NCBI GenBank assembly: GCA_009873655.1
Contig: WAIB01000010.1
Coordinates: 9,078 to 73,077 of the forward strand
DNA: 64,000 nt
DNA from: Nitrospinota bacterium
GTDB lineage: Bacteria > Nitrospinota > Nitrospinia > Nitrospinales > VA-1
Direction: 5' to 3'
Shown: one piece after another, positions 39,192 through 50,328 of the stretch
Layout of the letters: each line of letters begins with the position of its first letter
How positions within the stretch are numbered: position 1 is the first letter of the stretch
The notes under the pieces: model-generated
Database searches by the model: none
What the model saw: only the letters and a program-made list of their open reading frames with translations
What the model was told of the DNA's origin: nothing
Made by a program: the position numbers and the translations under genes

Positions 39192-40426
39192 TGGAATTCA
39201 GCTTCGGTGCATCCGCATCAAAAATAATTCATAGCACGGGTTTTTCCGATCTAGCCGGGGGCGATCTGATAATGATCGCTGTTGCCTGCACATTGGTCTA
39301 CCTCGCCATCTGGAAAAAGTTTGAACCCCTTTTGCTGCTTCCAATGGGATTCGGCTGCCTTCTCGCAAACCTGCCATTGAGCATGATGGCGGCCACCGAT
39401 TCAGGTGGACTGCTGAACTTTTTCTATCAAGGGGTCAAACACGAAATTCTTCCCCCGATTATTTTTATGGGAGTGGGAGCCCTAACTGATTTCGGCCCCC
39501 TGCTGGCCAACCCTACAACACTGCTATTGGGTGCTGCCGCGCAGATCGGTGTCTACACAACTCTGATTGGAGCGGTCTATTTAGGGTTTAACATGCAGGA
39601 GGCAGCCGCGATCGGCATCATTGGTGGAGCCGACGGCCCTACCTCCATTTTTATAGCCAGTAAACTCGCGCCCCATTTGCTGGCACCCATAGCCGTTGCG
39701 GCATATTCCTATATGTCCCTCGTTCCCCTGATTCAACCGCCGATCATGAAACTTCTGACCACGGAAGAGGAACGAAAAATAAAAATGGCCCAGTTAAAGC
39801 CCATTTCACAAACGGTGAAAATCGTGTTCCCTGTTGTCGTGACCTTTGTCTGTTGTCTCCTGTTACCGGGAGTCACCCCTCTTCTTGGCATGTTTATGCT
39901 GGGGAATCTGTTCCGTGAATCGGGAGTAACGCAACGTCTGCATGAAACAACAGAAACCCATCTGATCAATATTATGACTATTATGCTGGCTCTATCCGTA
40001 GGCTCATCAATGACCGGCGATTCTTTTTTACGGTTGGAGACCATAAAAATTATTGTGCTGGGTTTGCTGGCATTTGGGTTTGCCACTGCAGGTGGACTGA
40101 TCTTCGGGAAAATCATGTGCAAAATGTCAGGGGGAAAAGTGAATCCCTTAATTGGTTCCGCCGGAGTTTCCGCGGTTCCCATGGCGGCCCGGGTATCACA
40201 AAAAGTAGGAGCTGATGCCGACTCTTCAAACTTTTTACTGATGCATGCCATGGGTCCCAATGTTGCAGGCGTAATAGGGAGCGCGGTTGCAGCCGGTATT
40301 TTCGTTTCGCTTTTTGGCGATATGGGTGGAGCAGCGGATACCCATGCGGCTCTTGCTCCGGTGATAGGAAATCCGGAACCAGGAATTCAAGCGCTTGCCA
40401 CCGTTGTGGATGCGATTAAGCAATAA
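39191..40426 (+). CDS. oadB: Na+-transporting decarboxylase beta subunit
   Basis: Motifs [53 protein letters not shown]; TAATG overlap with oadA. Confidence 0.95.
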   Translation: MEFSFGASASKIIHSTGFSDLAGGDLIMIAVACTLVYLAIWKKFEPLLLLPMGFGCLLANLPLSMMAATDSGGLLNFFYQGVKHEILPPIIFMGVGALTDFGPLLANPTTLLLGAAAQIGVYTTLIGAVYLGFNMQEAAAIGIIGGADGPTSIFIASKLAPHLLAPIAVAAYSYMSLVPLIQPPIMKLLTTEEERKIKMAQLKPISQTVKIVFPVVVTFVCCLLLPGVTPLLGMFMLGNLFRESGVTQRLHETTETHLINIMTIMLALSVGSSMTGDSFLRLETIKIIVLGLLAFGFATAGGLIFGKIMCKMSGGKVNPLIGSAGVSAVPMAARVSQKVGADADSSNFLLMHAMGPNVAGVIGSAVAAGIFVSLFGDMGGAADTHAALAPVIGNPEPGIQALATVVDAIKQ

Positions 40427-40438
40427 AGGAAAATTAAA

Positions 40439-40699
40439 ATGGAAGTCAGTGTCCTTGCAGCAGTCAATGTTTCAATTCTCGCAATGACTGTAATCTTTGT
40501 AGTTCTAACCATCCTTATCTTTACCATTCAGATGCTGGTAAAGTTTATTCCCTACGAAGAACCTGCGGCTTCCCAAAAAGTTTCTACCGGCAGTCCTTCC
40601 GGACAGGATGACCAGGTGGCAGTGATAACCGCAACCCTGGCGGCCCATATGGGGAAAAGACCGGACGAATTCAGGATTGTCAATATTCAATCCCGTTAA
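40439..40699 (+). CDS. oadG: Na+-transporting decarboxylase gamma subunit
   Basis: N-terminal TM (AMTVIFVVLTIL), linker, VAVITA.LAAH motif; follows oadB. Confidence 0.85.
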   Translation: MEVSVLAAVNVSILAMTVIFVVLTILIFTIQMLVKFIPYEEPAASQKVSTGSPSGQDDQVAVITATLAAHMGKRPDEFRIVNIQSR

Positions 40700-40706
40700 C
40701 TGGTAT

Positions 40707-43700
40707 TTATTTGCTTTCTTCGGTGGAAGGAGCGGGCGGGTTTTCAATTTTTGGCAGTGACTCAAGAATTCCAACCGGAGTCTGCAGGATACCCTGAAAA
40801 ATGCCCATTACTTTTTTTCCTAATGAAGTAAAGGGAATCGGTGAAATCTCAGGATCATCAAAATCACCTTTGACCGTGTAATAGGTTTTTAGCAGACTTT
40901 TCTCATCCCCTGCGGTCAAAATTTTCCCAACAAGTGGAATTTTTGTCAGGAACCGGTCCAGTTGGGCCAGTGGTGCGACGCCTACCACTGTATCCATTTG
41001 ATTTTTGCTCAAATCAAATGTTCCTACGATCGAGGTCCTGCGGTCTTTGGTTTCAAAAATAAAATTTTCAGTTTCAAAAATCCCGTTCTTTGGAATAAAG
41101 TCTCCCGAAAGCTGTTTAAAAGGGGAACGGCTATCTTTACTGGGGGGTAATGAACCTGGTGAAGAACCAAATAATTTGTTGACTCCGTGCTTCAGCTTTT
41201 CTTTATCAATCATACCCGATTGGATATCCAACGAAATATTTCCCGACAACGACTGGGAAACTTCCTTCCAGTCTTTTCCTTTTCCCTTTAACTTTGCATC
41301 AAATTTTTTAACATCTCCACTCAAGCTGTTTTTAAACACATCACCAAACAGGGCGAAAACATTTTCCGTTTCAACATCTTTTGCTTTGACCCTTCCTTCA
41401 AAAATGCTCACCCCATTTTCGTCGATGGTCAAATTTCCAGAGCTTTTAACCAATGGGTTCGTCCCTACACTCCAATCCTTGAGTTCCAGGGACTTGTTAT
41501 TCAGGGAAATTTTTCCTGTGACATTATTTAATTGCAGCATCTTAAAACTTAACTCTCCAACGTCAAAATCCAGCCTCCCTTTACCTTGTTTGAAAAAATT
41601 TGTCCGGGTAAACAAGTCTATCAGTTTTACATCTTTTTCCTGGGAGGCAGGTAATAGTTCGTTGATATCGAGTTTTTCACCGGTAAAAATCAATTCTAAA
41701 TTTGGAGAATCACCAAGCTGATAAAGTCCGCTGAAGTTTAGCTTGCTGTTTGGAGAAGAAACATTGGCCGAGCGGATATCAAACCTTTTTTTCTTAAACC
41801 CCACTTCGGCGTTGAGAATAAGGTCAGACGATAAATTTTTTGGCTTGATCTTCAGATTAATCAGATCCATTTTTCCTTCGAAACGCGAATCTTCTATCTG
41901 GTTTAAATTTCCATCTCCGGAAATATCAAAATTAATGGAGCCCTCCGCTGTCCAGGACTCGGAAATTTGATCGGAGGGATAGGCTTTAAATTCTTTCGAG
42001 GCCAATTGAATTGAAAAATTCCGGTTATCCAAATCGGGAATCTGCATTGATCCGGAAATTTTGTTGCCCCCTAATTCATACACCCAATTTTCTATATTGA
42101 GTCCTTCTTTTTCCGTGAGCGAGCCTTTCGCTTTAAACTGGTTTAGAGCGTTTTCTTTTTTCTGGACCAGTCCTGGAATTTTGTATCCCGCCCTTGTCAA
42201 ATCCGCCTGTTGCTCAAACTTAAAGTCTTCAGGGGTCCCATAAATATTCATGGAAACATGAGCGGAACCGGAATAGTCAAAATCACTGAAAACGGGAATA
42301 TCTTTCAGGTCGGAATTCTGAAAAGCAGGAAGGTTCAAGCGCAGGGAAAATTCGGGTGCATATTTATTTTGACGTCCGATCTCCCCTTCCAGATGCAGGG
42401 AGGAATTGCCATACCGGCCCAAAACATTTTCCAATCGAATTTTTTCATCATTATATGCAATCATTCCATTCAAATCCGTCATGGCCTGCGATCGATCTCT
42501 ATATTTCATCGAAAGGTTCTTTAACTTGATTTTTCCCCATTCCTTTTCCGTCTCCGGTTTTTCGGGGTTCCCCTTAAACTCATAGTCGACAAGCACCCCT
42601 CCAGATGTAAAATCAAGGCCTTCCTGCAATGCCAGCAACGCATCTTCAGAATCTTCTTCAATGATCCAATGCAAATCGCTGAAGTCAAGATGATAAAGGG
42701 CGGTGGCTTTTTCAAGAGGCTCCCCATTGCTTAAACCAAGCTCACCATTCAATTGGCTGAATTTGCTGTTGGAAAAATTTCCGGAAAGGTCTTTATATTG
42801 AATAATCCGGATCCAGGGTTCATTTTTTCTTTGAACCACTTCCGGGGTATGGGTATAGATTATTTTGCCATTCAGGTTTTCAATTCTGGGTTCGAGTTCT
42901 TCGTCTTTCAGTGAAACAGATTGAAGGTCAATGACCCCCGCTATCGCAAGTTTGTCGAAGTCTTCCAGGGGCCCTTTGACATCTAACCTTAGATTTGCCG
43001 AGCCTTCTAAGTCAGAATAAATGGAAATTGCATCGTGAATAGGGTGTCCTTTAAAGGCTTTTTTCAGAGTACTGTGGAATTGGGCTATATCAACGGTATT
43101 CTCTAAAGACATGTCAGCAACAGGCCGGGTCAGGAAATTTTTTATGCTTCCCTGCAAATTGGCCAGCGGCTGTTTTTCATAACGGGCTTTTTGAATATGG
43201 AAGCTGCTGTTGCCCTTATCAACCTTAAAGGTTCCAGTTACTTTTTGCAGAGGAGGAAGAGGTCTGTGCCAGTCTACCTTTCGCATCTCGACTTCACCGG
43301 AAATCTTTTTCCGGTTCTCGGGTTTAGATATCTCCCTGAGTTGCTTCAGGGTTCCATTAAATTTAAACGAATTAAATTTTATCGATCCATTTTTGAAAGT
43401 CTTTTGGATGACTTCGTGGTAGCCCTCGGGAAATATTTTCAAGGGGAGATAATCGATACTTTTGTTAATCTGGAAGGGGTCGGTTTTCAGGTCTATGGAA
43501 ACAGCGGGATCCTTTGAAAATATATCTTTTAAAGATCCACTTGCTTTAAATTTGAAAGGCCCGGCATCCGTTTTCAATTCTTCGATGGTAATGGCGTCCT
43601 TTTCCATGGAGATCTTATACTCAAGTCCACCTCGGTGCGGGATACGCGCATCTCTTAAAACCGCTCTTTCCGGTTTTGTCTCAGAGGAATACTTTAAGAC

Positions 43701-44546
43701 TCCCTCGGTTTTGAGCGCCCCTCCCAAACTTCCGGAGAAACTGGAATTTATAGACAACCAACTGTCCAAGGGTGTTTTTGTTAAAACTTTTTTCAAATAG
43801 GGTTGGAACCTGGAAACATTCAAGGGATTTATACGGATATCACCATCTATTGAAATTCCCGTAAACCCTTTCTCTTCGGAAAAATTGTCAAACTTACCCG
43901 AAACTTGAAATGCTGTAGAAGATCCTGAATCAGGAATTTCACCTTTTAAGGAAAACTGAAACGGGGATTTTAAAAGGCTTTTTCTGAGGGTAAATTGAAT
44001 GTGGTCCATCTCCAGGGGAAGAGGCTTGCCTTTGGGCTGGTCTAAATAGTCCAGAAAATGGATAGAACCATCTTCCACCATAACCTGATTCATCAGGCTG
44101 ACACGGAGTACTTTGAACAACTGGCTGTCTTCGGGCTGGGAAATCCATTTCTTAACATCCCCTAAACTAAATTCTCCCGATGCATTCCGAACCACCCTGA
44201 GAGACGAACCCTGAATTATTATTTGTTTGACTTCTATCCGGTTCTCCAGAAGCGGTAGAAGTTTCACCACCACCCAAACGCTTCGCGCTGTCAATTCCGG
44301 TTTTTTATCCCAACGGGATAGAACGGAAACGTCTTTGAGGAGAATGCTGAGCCCTCGGACAATATCCATCTCCGCATCCCCAATGGAAACTTGCCGGCCC
44401 GTTAGCTCTTCCATTTTTTCTATGGCAAGATGCTTTACTTCCCCTAAATTACGAAGCTGGTAATAGGCAAGGGAAAAAATGGAAAACACGCCGATCAGCA
44501 AAACGAAGAAGGAATAAAAAATTACCCTTTTTTTTGAAATCGACAT
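40707..44546 (-). CDS. AsmA-like / YhdP-type envelope protein (AsmA_2 C-terminus)
   Basis: N-terminal TM helix, long beta-rich body, C-terminal ...G.FDL...MD..VGVAPL...KIPLVGKIL...YTVKGDFDDPEI. Confidence 0.8.
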   Translation of the reverse strand: MSISKKRVIFYSFFVLLIGVFSIFSLAYYQLRNLGEVKHLAIEKMEELTGRQVSIGDAEMDIVRGLSILLKDVSVLSRWDKKPELTARSVWVVVKLLPLLENRIEVKQIIIQGSSLRVVRNASGEFSLGDVKKWISQPEDSQLFKVLRVSLMNQVMVEDGSIHFLDYLDQPKGKPLPLEMDHIQFTLRKSLLKSPFQFSLKGEIPDSGSSTAFQVSGKFDNFSEEKGFTGISIDGDIRINPLNVSRFQPYLKKVLTKTPLDSWLSINSSFSGSLGGALKTEGVLKYSSETKPERAVLRDARIPHRGGLEYKISMEKDAITIEELKTDAGPFKFKASGSLKDIFSKDPAVSIDLKTDPFQINKSIDYLPLKIFPEGYHEVIQKTFKNGSIKFNSFKFNGTLKQLREISKPENRKKISGEVEMRKVDWHRPLPPLQKVTGTFKVDKGNSSFHIQKARYEKQPLANLQGSIKNFLTRPVADMSLENTVDIAQFHSTLKKAFKGHPIHDAISIYSDLEGSANLRLDVKGPLEDFDKLAIAGVIDLQSVSLKDEELEPRIENLNGKIIYTHTPEVVQRKNEPWIRIIQYKDLSGNFSNSKFSQLNGELGLSNGEPLEKATALYHLDFSDLHWIIEEDSEDALLALQEGLDFTSGGVLVDYEFKGNPEKPETEKEWGKIKLKNLSMKYRDRSQAMTDLNGMIAYNDEKIRLENVLGRYGNSSLHLEGEIGRQNKYAPEFSLRLNLPAFQNSDLKDIPVFSDFDYSGSAHVSMNIYGTPEDFKFEQQADLTRAGYKIPGLVQKKENALNQFKAKGSLTEKEGLNIENWVYELGGNKISGSMQIPDLDNRNFSIQLASKEFKAYPSDQISESWTAEGSINFDISGDGNLNQIEDSRFEGKMDLINLKIKPKNLSSDLILNAEVGFKKKRFDIRSANVSSPNSKLNFSGLYQLGDSPNLELIFTGEKLDINELLPASQEKDVKLIDLFTRTNFFKQGKGRLDFDVGELSFKMLQLNNVTGKISLNNKSLELKDWSVGTNPLVKSSGNLTIDENGVSIFEGRVKAKDVETENVFALFGDVFKNSLSGDVKKFDAKLKGKGKDWKEVSQSLSGNISLDIQSGMIDKEKLKHGVNKLFGSSPGSLPPSKDSRSPFKQLSGDFIPKNGIFETENFIFETKDRRTSIVGTFDLSKNQMDTVVGVAPLAQLDRFLTKIPLVGKILTAGDEKSLLKTYYTVKGDFDDPEISPIPFTSLGKKVMGIFQGILQTPVGILESLPKIENPPAPSTEESK

Positions 44547-44755
44547 ATAAGAGGATAGGTGAAAAAGGTTACAATAACCTGAATTTGTTCTTAGAGGAGG
44601 AACAAGATCAATTTTTATTGCTGAAAAACAACGGGCGAAACCTTCGGCAAAATAAACCCATTGTTTTCATAAAGTTATAGTTCATTTGCGGCCCTACGTC
44701 CAGAAAATTCCAAGGCCCCGATAATCTGAAATATCAAGGATACATTCCCTGAAAT

Positions 44756-45517
44756 ATGGATTCTTTCGACAATTCTACTGTTTTCGGGCTCAACCCGGTA
44801 ATGGAAGCCCTTAAAGCTCAAAAACGCCGTTGCTACAAGCTCATTCTGGAAAAGGGTAAATCTCAGGCACGGTTGAAATCGTTGATCGAATTGGCCCATG
44901 AAAATAAAGTGCCTATTGAAACGATCCCAAAAACCACATTCCAAAAAAAATACCGCAACCACAACCATCAGGGAGTAATAGGAATTTTTGCTATCATCAA
45001 AGCCCTGGAACTTGAGGAACTGATCCAGCAGGCTTTTAAAAGATCTGCGTTACCAACCCTGGCCGCGCTGGACAGTATTCAAGACCCGCACAACCTGGGT
45101 GCCATCATCCGCTCTGCAGAAACACTGGGAATCCACGGAATCATCCTTCCCAAAAATCGCACTTCAGCTATAAACGAGACCGTTGCGAAATGCTCTTCTG
45201 GTGCTATTGAGCATCTTCCCATATCATGGGTAACAAACTTAACTCGTGGAATCGAACAGTTGAAGGAAGCCGGGTTCTGGATTGCCGGCATAGCTCCCGA
45301 TGGAGAGATTCCCTGTTATCAATACAAATTTGACGCGCCAATGGTTCTACTCATCGGTGGAGAAGAAAAAGGGATTCGACCCTTATTGAAAAAATCATGC
45401 GATGTCACCCTGAAAATACCCATGGAAGGCTCATTGGAGTCTCTGAACGCATCCGCTGCCGCGGCAGTGGTCTTTTACGAGGCCTTGCGACAAAAAAATC
45501 CTGTAAATAAAAACTGA
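44756..45517 (+). CDS. rlmB: 23S rRNA (guanosine-2'-O)-methyltransferase (SpoU/TrmH family)
   Basis: Motifs GLNPVMEAL, NHQGV, DSIQDPHNLGAIIRSA, GGEEKGIR, IPM.G.LESLNAS. Confidence 0.9.
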   Translation: MDSFDNSTVFGLNPVMEALKAQKRRCYKLILEKGKSQARLKSLIELAHENKVPIETIPKTTFQKKYRNHNHQGVIGIFAIIKALELEELIQQAFKRSALPTLAALDSIQDPHNLGAIIRSAETLGIHGIILPKNRTSAINETVAKCSSGAIEHLPISWVTNLTRGIEQLKEAGFWIAGIAPDGEIPCYQYKFDAPMVLLIGGEEKGIRPLLKKSCDVTLKIPMEGSLESLNASAAAAVVFYEALRQKNPVNKN

Positions 45518-45608
45518 TTCACCAACCTTTTTGGGTGATAATTCGGGACGCTCTGAATGAGATATGAAAATTTGAACGCACCTGAGTCCGGGAGAGAAAA
45601 ATCGAACC

Positions 45609-45812
45609 TTAGATTCGGTTGTAAGACCGCATTCTACGCATAGCGGCTTTTCTTTTTTTCTTAGCTTCCTTCTGCTTACGCTTTTTCTTTACAGAGGGCT
45701 TTTCGTAAAAACGACGGCGTTTTAACTCTTTTAACAACCCTTCTTTGGTCATTTGTCTTTTAAGAACTTTTAACGCTTTTTCAACCTGATTTTGGTAAAC
45801 TGTTACTTCCAA
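45609..45812 (-). CDS. rpsU: 30S ribosomal protein S21
   Basis: EKALKVLKR...KRRRFYEKPSVKKKRK; TTG start with AGGAGGT RBS. Confidence 0.95.
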   Translation of the reverse strand: MEVTVYQNQVEKALKVLKRQMTKEGLLKELKRRRFYEKPSVKKKRKQKEAKKKRKAAMRRMRSYNRI

Positions 45813-45968
45813 TAACCTTTACCTCCTAGCTAGATGAATAAAATAACCCTTTGGCGTATTGATAAAAATCATGCTTCTACAACAAACCACGCGCCTGTAG
45901 GCAACCTTTTTTGGCATGAAGCTTTGAATTATCAACAAAATTTCCAATAAAGTCAATAGCTTAAAATT

Positions 45969-47174
45969 ATGAGCCCAAACCCGGTCACGCAAACCATACG
46001 AATCGTACTTACCATATTGTTTTTGTTCTGGTTACTTCTTTTCGCCAGGGAAGGCCGGACCGAGGAATTCGCGGTTCCAAACTCGGGTTCTCCCTATCTG
46101 AATCTGGGCGATCTTCATACCGGCCAGATCCTGCATTTACCCACCGGTTTGACCGTCACATTCGACCAGATGTTGGACTCAATTAATCCTTCCCGAGTGA
46201 TTTATGTAGGTGAAACCCACGACAATATTGAAGCGCACAAAGTACAGCTTAAAATCATAAAAAGATTATCCGAGAAGCATCCCGTAGCCATCGGATTGGA
46301 AATGTTTCGACGTTCATCCCAGGAAAAACTCGACCAGTGGAATTCAGGCCAACTCTCTAAAAGCGAATTTAAAACCCTCTTTCATACAAACTGGGGCACG
46401 GGTTACAGACTTTATCAACCCATTTTTGATTTTGCGCGGGCAAAAAATTTGCCTTTAATAGGGTTGAAATCGTCTCAAAATGTTGAAAACAGTTTTCGCT
46501 CCGGTGACCCCGCCCCCAACGGCACGTTTTACCCTGAATTGGATGACCAGGACCCTTACCATCGAGCCTTTTCAATGGCCGCTTTTGGTGGCCACCGCGG
46601 AACCGAAAAAGCCCTTGAGAAGCCCTATCGCATGTTGCTTCTCTGGGAAGAGACGATGGCTCAAACCGTTTCACAATTCTTAACCAACCCAAAATATAAA
46701 AACACAAAGCTGGTTGTTCTTAGCGGGGGATTTCATGTGCAGTACGGATTCGGCATCCCCAAACGGGCCTACCGAAGAGTGCCGCACGCCTATTCCATCA
46801 TCCAGCCTACGGTGACCCACATCCCCGAAGAATTGAAGAACAGGGAAATGGAAGTTGAAAAAGTATCGATCCCTCTTTTTGCAGCTGACTATGCCTGGAA
46901 GGTTGATTACAAAGTACCGGATAACGTGCGTTTAGGGGTAAGGCTGGCAAAGAAAAATGCGGGTGTAACAATTATGGAAGTAATGGAAAACACCAACGCC
47001 GAAAGAGCCGGAATTCTTAAGGGGGACTTATTGCTGAGTATGGATGGAAAAAATATTTCTCGCGTAGAAGAGATTTTGGAACAATTGCAATCCAAAAGTT
47101 TCGACGACCATTCCATCTTCCGGATCCAGCGTAATGGTAAAGAGCAAAAAGTGGAAGTGGTGTTTATAAAATAA
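45969..47174 (+). CDS. ChaN-family (heme-binding uptake/TIKI-fold) exported protein with a C-terminal PDZ domain
   Basis: Motifs IYVGETHDN..H, IGLEMF, WEETMA, GGFHV.YG.GIP; PDZ motif AERAGILKGDLLL. Confidence 0.8.
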   Translation: MSPNPVTQTIRIVLTILFLFWLLLFAREGRTEEFAVPNSGSPYLNLGDLHTGQILHLPTGLTVTFDQMLDSINPSRVIYVGETHDNIEAHKVQLKIIKRLSEKHPVAIGLEMFRRSSQEKLDQWNSGQLSKSEFKTLFHTNWGTGYRLYQPIFDFARAKNLPLIGLKSSQNVENSFRSGDPAPNGTFYPELDDQDPYHRAFSMAAFGGHRGTEKALEKPYRMLLLWEETMAQTVSQFLTNPKYKNTKLVVLSGGFHVQYGFGIPKRAYRRVPHAYSIIQPTVTHIPEELKNREMEVEKVSIPLFAADYAWKVDYKVPDNVRLGVRLAKKNAGVTIMEVMENTNAERAGILKGDLLLSMDGKNISRVEEILEQLQSKSFDDHSIFRIQRNGKEQKVEVVFIK

Positions 47175-47188
47175 ATCCTTTGAGATTT

Positions 47189-49510
47189 TCAGGTTTTCAA
47201 CTTATTGAAAATTGAATAGAGCTCCCTGTTTTGAATGGCAGAAAGTTTGCCAACCACTTTTTCCAACCTTCGGCTTTCCAGCTGTTTATTGACACCCTTG
47301 ATCTTTAAATTATATTTTCTGTAATTTTCCGACGATTTGTCCAAACCCTCGACAAACCTTGTCCAATGAATAATAGCCAGGGGGAAATTCCTGATTGAGA
47401 AATGATAGTCCCCCAGGTTCCTGTTAACTTCCCCGTTTTTAAAATTGATCAACAAGGCATCGTAAAAAGCAGCCAGGGCTTCTTCCTTCTTTCCTATGCT
47501 TTCATAGGATATGCCTTGTTCAATTAAAAAACTCTCGTCTGTTGAATTGTAATCATTCAGCTTTTTATAATCGTCTAATGCCAAAAGCCAGTTTTTATTT
47601 TTAAAATATTTTCTTACACGTATTTTTAAACTGCTAATTTCGTCCTTTTTTACCTGGATTAATGCAGTCAGCCTGGAAATTTCATTCTGGACCTTTACCC
47701 GCTTTTCCCGGTTTTCCTCCAATGGAAGAATTGCCTTTAGTGAAGCCAGTATCCTTCCCGGCCTGCTCAGGTCCCTGTAGTAAAGTCTTATAAGATTCCT
47801 GCGGGGTGATGGATCCGAAGGATCTGCAAGAATACTGTATTGAAGATGGCGAATGGCCTCATCAAACTTTCCACGTTTTTCTTCTACCTCGGAAAGCATC
47901 CGATGCAACTCGGCATCAAGGGGTTTTATCAGAACCGCTCTTTTTAAAATCTCCCCTGCCTTTTCATCATTGTTTTGCAGCAAATAATAAGCGTAGAGTT
48001 TATAGATCATGTCCAGCCCGCCCTTGCTTTCATGATCCACAAAAGTTCTTCTTTCCGAATCCCAGCAGTCTATTCCATATTTTTCTGCTTTTTCCAGGTC
48101 AAACCATTTTTCTCCAAACCCGTAATAGCCTAAGCTCCAGTTACAATAGTCTACATAGCGTATAACCACCTGGTTTTCGGGAATCTTGAATCCATACAAA
48201 CAAATTAATAAAACCATTGTCATCAATCCGAACGGTTTCACCTTCCTTTGTTTTATCCAGTCTATTGCCCGCCCCAAAGCATAGGCTGCAAATAAAATAA
48301 AAAAGGGGATAACAGGGAGCCTGAATCGCGACACCACGTGAAATAAAACCACGGAAAGAATCAAACTCCCCAAAAAAGAATAAAGCAAAAACAGTTTTTC
48401 TTTTTTCAAAACTGCCAAAACCACGCCTATCAATCCAAGAGAAGAATACAGGGAAAAGTGACTCAATAAATGGGGCAACAACCTCGACGATTCGAGATAC
48501 AGATTGATGGAAAGATTGGATGCGGCTTCAAGGTCGTTAAAGAAAAAATAAATTTTTCGCAAATACATTCCAATAAAGCCCAAAGGGTTGTCCAATAGTT
48601 GTTGAAAAATAAACGCAATTGGAGAAAGGTTTTCCAGTTTATATTTTTCCTGGAAATGGGCTAACAATCCCGCATCAAAACCCACACCGGGATAATCAAA
48701 AAAATTTCCCGCCAGGAAAGCGGTGGGGCCACTGGAATCAAAAAACACAAACCTCCCGTGGACCAGATAACACTGGATTAAAAGAGGAATCAAAGACAGG
48801 ACAAGAGGCACCAAAAACTGCAGCCAGCTTTTAAATCTTACCTTCCCATCCATTCCCCGGAATACATACTTATGGAGAAAGAACACAATAAAGGGTAAAC
48901 AAAGAAATGTATTCGGCCGCGATTGAAAAAACAGGGAAAGAGCCAGAGAAGAAATTAAAAGCTTCAGGGGAGTGGGAGCCTCCTGCAACTTCAGCAAAAG
49001 GTAAAAAGAAAGAATTCCGAGAAAAGTTATAAACGCGGCTCTCAGTATGATGCCTTCATAAATTATTTCATTTGAATAGAATGCGAATCCGGCATAGGCA
49101 ATCAATGCAACGCGTTTATCAAACAGGTGTCTTCCTATCAAATACAGCAACACCGCTCCCAGGGCACCAAAAAGAAACTGTATGCCGTAAATCGCATAAA
49201 AATTTCTGCCAAAAACCCAATAAATTATTCCAAGAAAATATTTGTACAGAGGGGAATAGCTGTTGTTAGGAGACAAAGCCAGCCAATCCCCTCCTGCAAA
49301 ACTTTTTGCCCCTTCATCAAAATTGTAATGGTCATAGACAGAAAGGATATTGTCGAAGAAGGGAAGTTGTGCAAGTTCGAACAGGTAAAATATTCGAACC
49401 GCGAGAGCGACAAAGAAAAGGGAAGTCAAAAATAAAAATGACGGGTTTCGGGTTTTTGCCATTTTGGAATTGTAGGTTTTAGATTCCTGCATTATCCCAG
49501 GATTGCTCAC
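47189..49510 (-). CDS. GT-C (PMT/ArnT-like, GT39-type) membrane glycosyltransferase with C-terminal TPRs
   Basis: About 11 TM segments, early acidic loop (VYDH.NFD), PLY..FL, RPN, RFRLP, then TPR repeats. The start is uncertain (ATG 49462 possible). Confidence 0.75.
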   Translation of the reverse strand: MSNPGIMQESKTYNSKMAKTRNPSFLFLTSLFFVALAVRIFYLFELAQLPFFDNILSVYDHYNFDEGAKSFAGGDWLALSPNNSYSPLYKYFLGIIYWVFGRNFYAIYGIQFLFGALGAVLLYLIGRHLFDKRVALIAYAGFAFYSNEIIYEGIILRAAFITFLGILSFYLLLKLQEAPTPLKLLISSLALSLFFQSRPNTFLCLPFIVFFLHKYVFRGMDGKVRFKSWLQFLVPLVLSLIPLLIQCYLVHGRFVFFDSSGPTAFLAGNFFDYPGVGFDAGLLAHFQEKYKLENLSPIAFIFQQLLDNPLGFIGMYLRKIYFFFNDLEAASNLSINLYLESSRLLPHLLSHFSLYSSLGLIGVVLAVLKKEKLFLLYSFLGSLILSVVLFHVVSRFRLPVIPFFILFAAYALGRAIDWIKQRKVKPFGLMTMVLLICLYGFKIPENQVVIRYVDYCNWSLGYYGFGEKWFDLEKAEKYGIDCWDSERRTFVDHESKGGLDMIYKLYAYYLLQNNDEKAGEILKRAVLIKPLDAELHRMLSEVEEKRGKFDEAIRHLQYSILADPSDPSPRRNLIRLYYRDLSRPGRILASLKAILPLEENREKRVKVQNEISRLTALIQVKKDEISSLKIRVRKYFKNKNWLLALDDYKKLNDYNSTDESFLIEQGISYESIGKKEEALAAFYDALLINFKNGEVNRNLGDYHFSIRNFPLAIIHWTRFVEGLDKSSENYRKYNLKIKGVNKQLESRRLEKVVGKLSAIQNRELYSIFNKLKT

Positions 49511-49518
49511 GGAAATTT

Positions 49519-50310
49519 TTATTTGAGGCCGGGGCCCTCTTTCCCCGGCCCGGTGGAACGCAGGGAATCAAGAAGGGATGCAAAATCGGAATCGCCGGTG
49601 AGTTTGAGAAATACCTCTTCCAGGTCTCCGTGTTCCTGTTTTGCCTGCGAACGCAATTGATCCACCGTACCCATGGCTACGATTCTCCCTTTTTGGATGA
49701 TGCCCACCCGGTGACACATATTTTCAGCCACACCCAGTGAATGGGTAGACAAAAAAATGGTGGTTCCTCCTGCGCACAAATCCTGAAACAACTGTTTCAC
49801 CTGCCGGGCCCCCTTCGGGTCCAGCCCCACCAGAGGCTCATCAACCACCAATACGGTCGGGTTATGAATCAATGCTCCGGAGATGATCAACTTTTGCTTC
49901 ATTCCATGTGAATAACCCTCAATCAGTTCATCAGCGAAACCATCCAAATCGAAAAAGTTCAGAAACTTTTCCGCCCGGTCATGAGCCACATTTATTTCCA
50001 TGGAATAAAGCCCGGCTACGAACTCCAAATATTCCCAGCCTGTCAACTTATCGTAGAGGAAAGGTCGGTCGGGTATATAGCCGATTATTTTTTTTACTTC
50101 GAGAGGGTTTTTGAACAGGTCCATGCCATCAATATGAATGGAACCGGATGTCGGCTTCAGTAAACCGACCAATAATTTTATGGTAGTGGTTTTCCCCGCT
50201 CCATTTGGCCCCAGGAAACCAAACAGTTCTCCCCTTGGAATTTCAAGATCCAACCCGTCCACCGCGGTAACGGAATCGTATTTTTTGGTCAACCCCTTGA
50301 TGGAAATCAT
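49519..50310 (-). CDS. ABC-2 type exporter ATP-binding protein
   Basis: Walker A GPNGAGKTT, signature YSHGMKQK, Walker B LVVDEP, H-loop STH. Confidence 0.93.
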   Translation of the reverse strand: MISIKGLTKKYDSVTAVDGLDLEIPRGELFGFLGPNGAGKTTTIKLLVGLLKPTSGSIHIDGMDLFKNPLEVKKIIGYIPDRPFLYDKLTGWEYLEFVAGLYSMEINVAHDRAEKFLNFFDLDGFADELIEGYSHGMKQKLIISGALIHNPTVLVVDEPLVGLDPKGARQVKQLFQDLCAGGTTIFLSTHSLGVAENMCHRVGIIQKGRIVAMGTVDQLRSQAKQEHGDLEEVFLKLTGDSDFASLLDSLRSTGPGKEGPGLK

Positions 50311-50328
50311 GAGGTAAAATTTTGGCGG

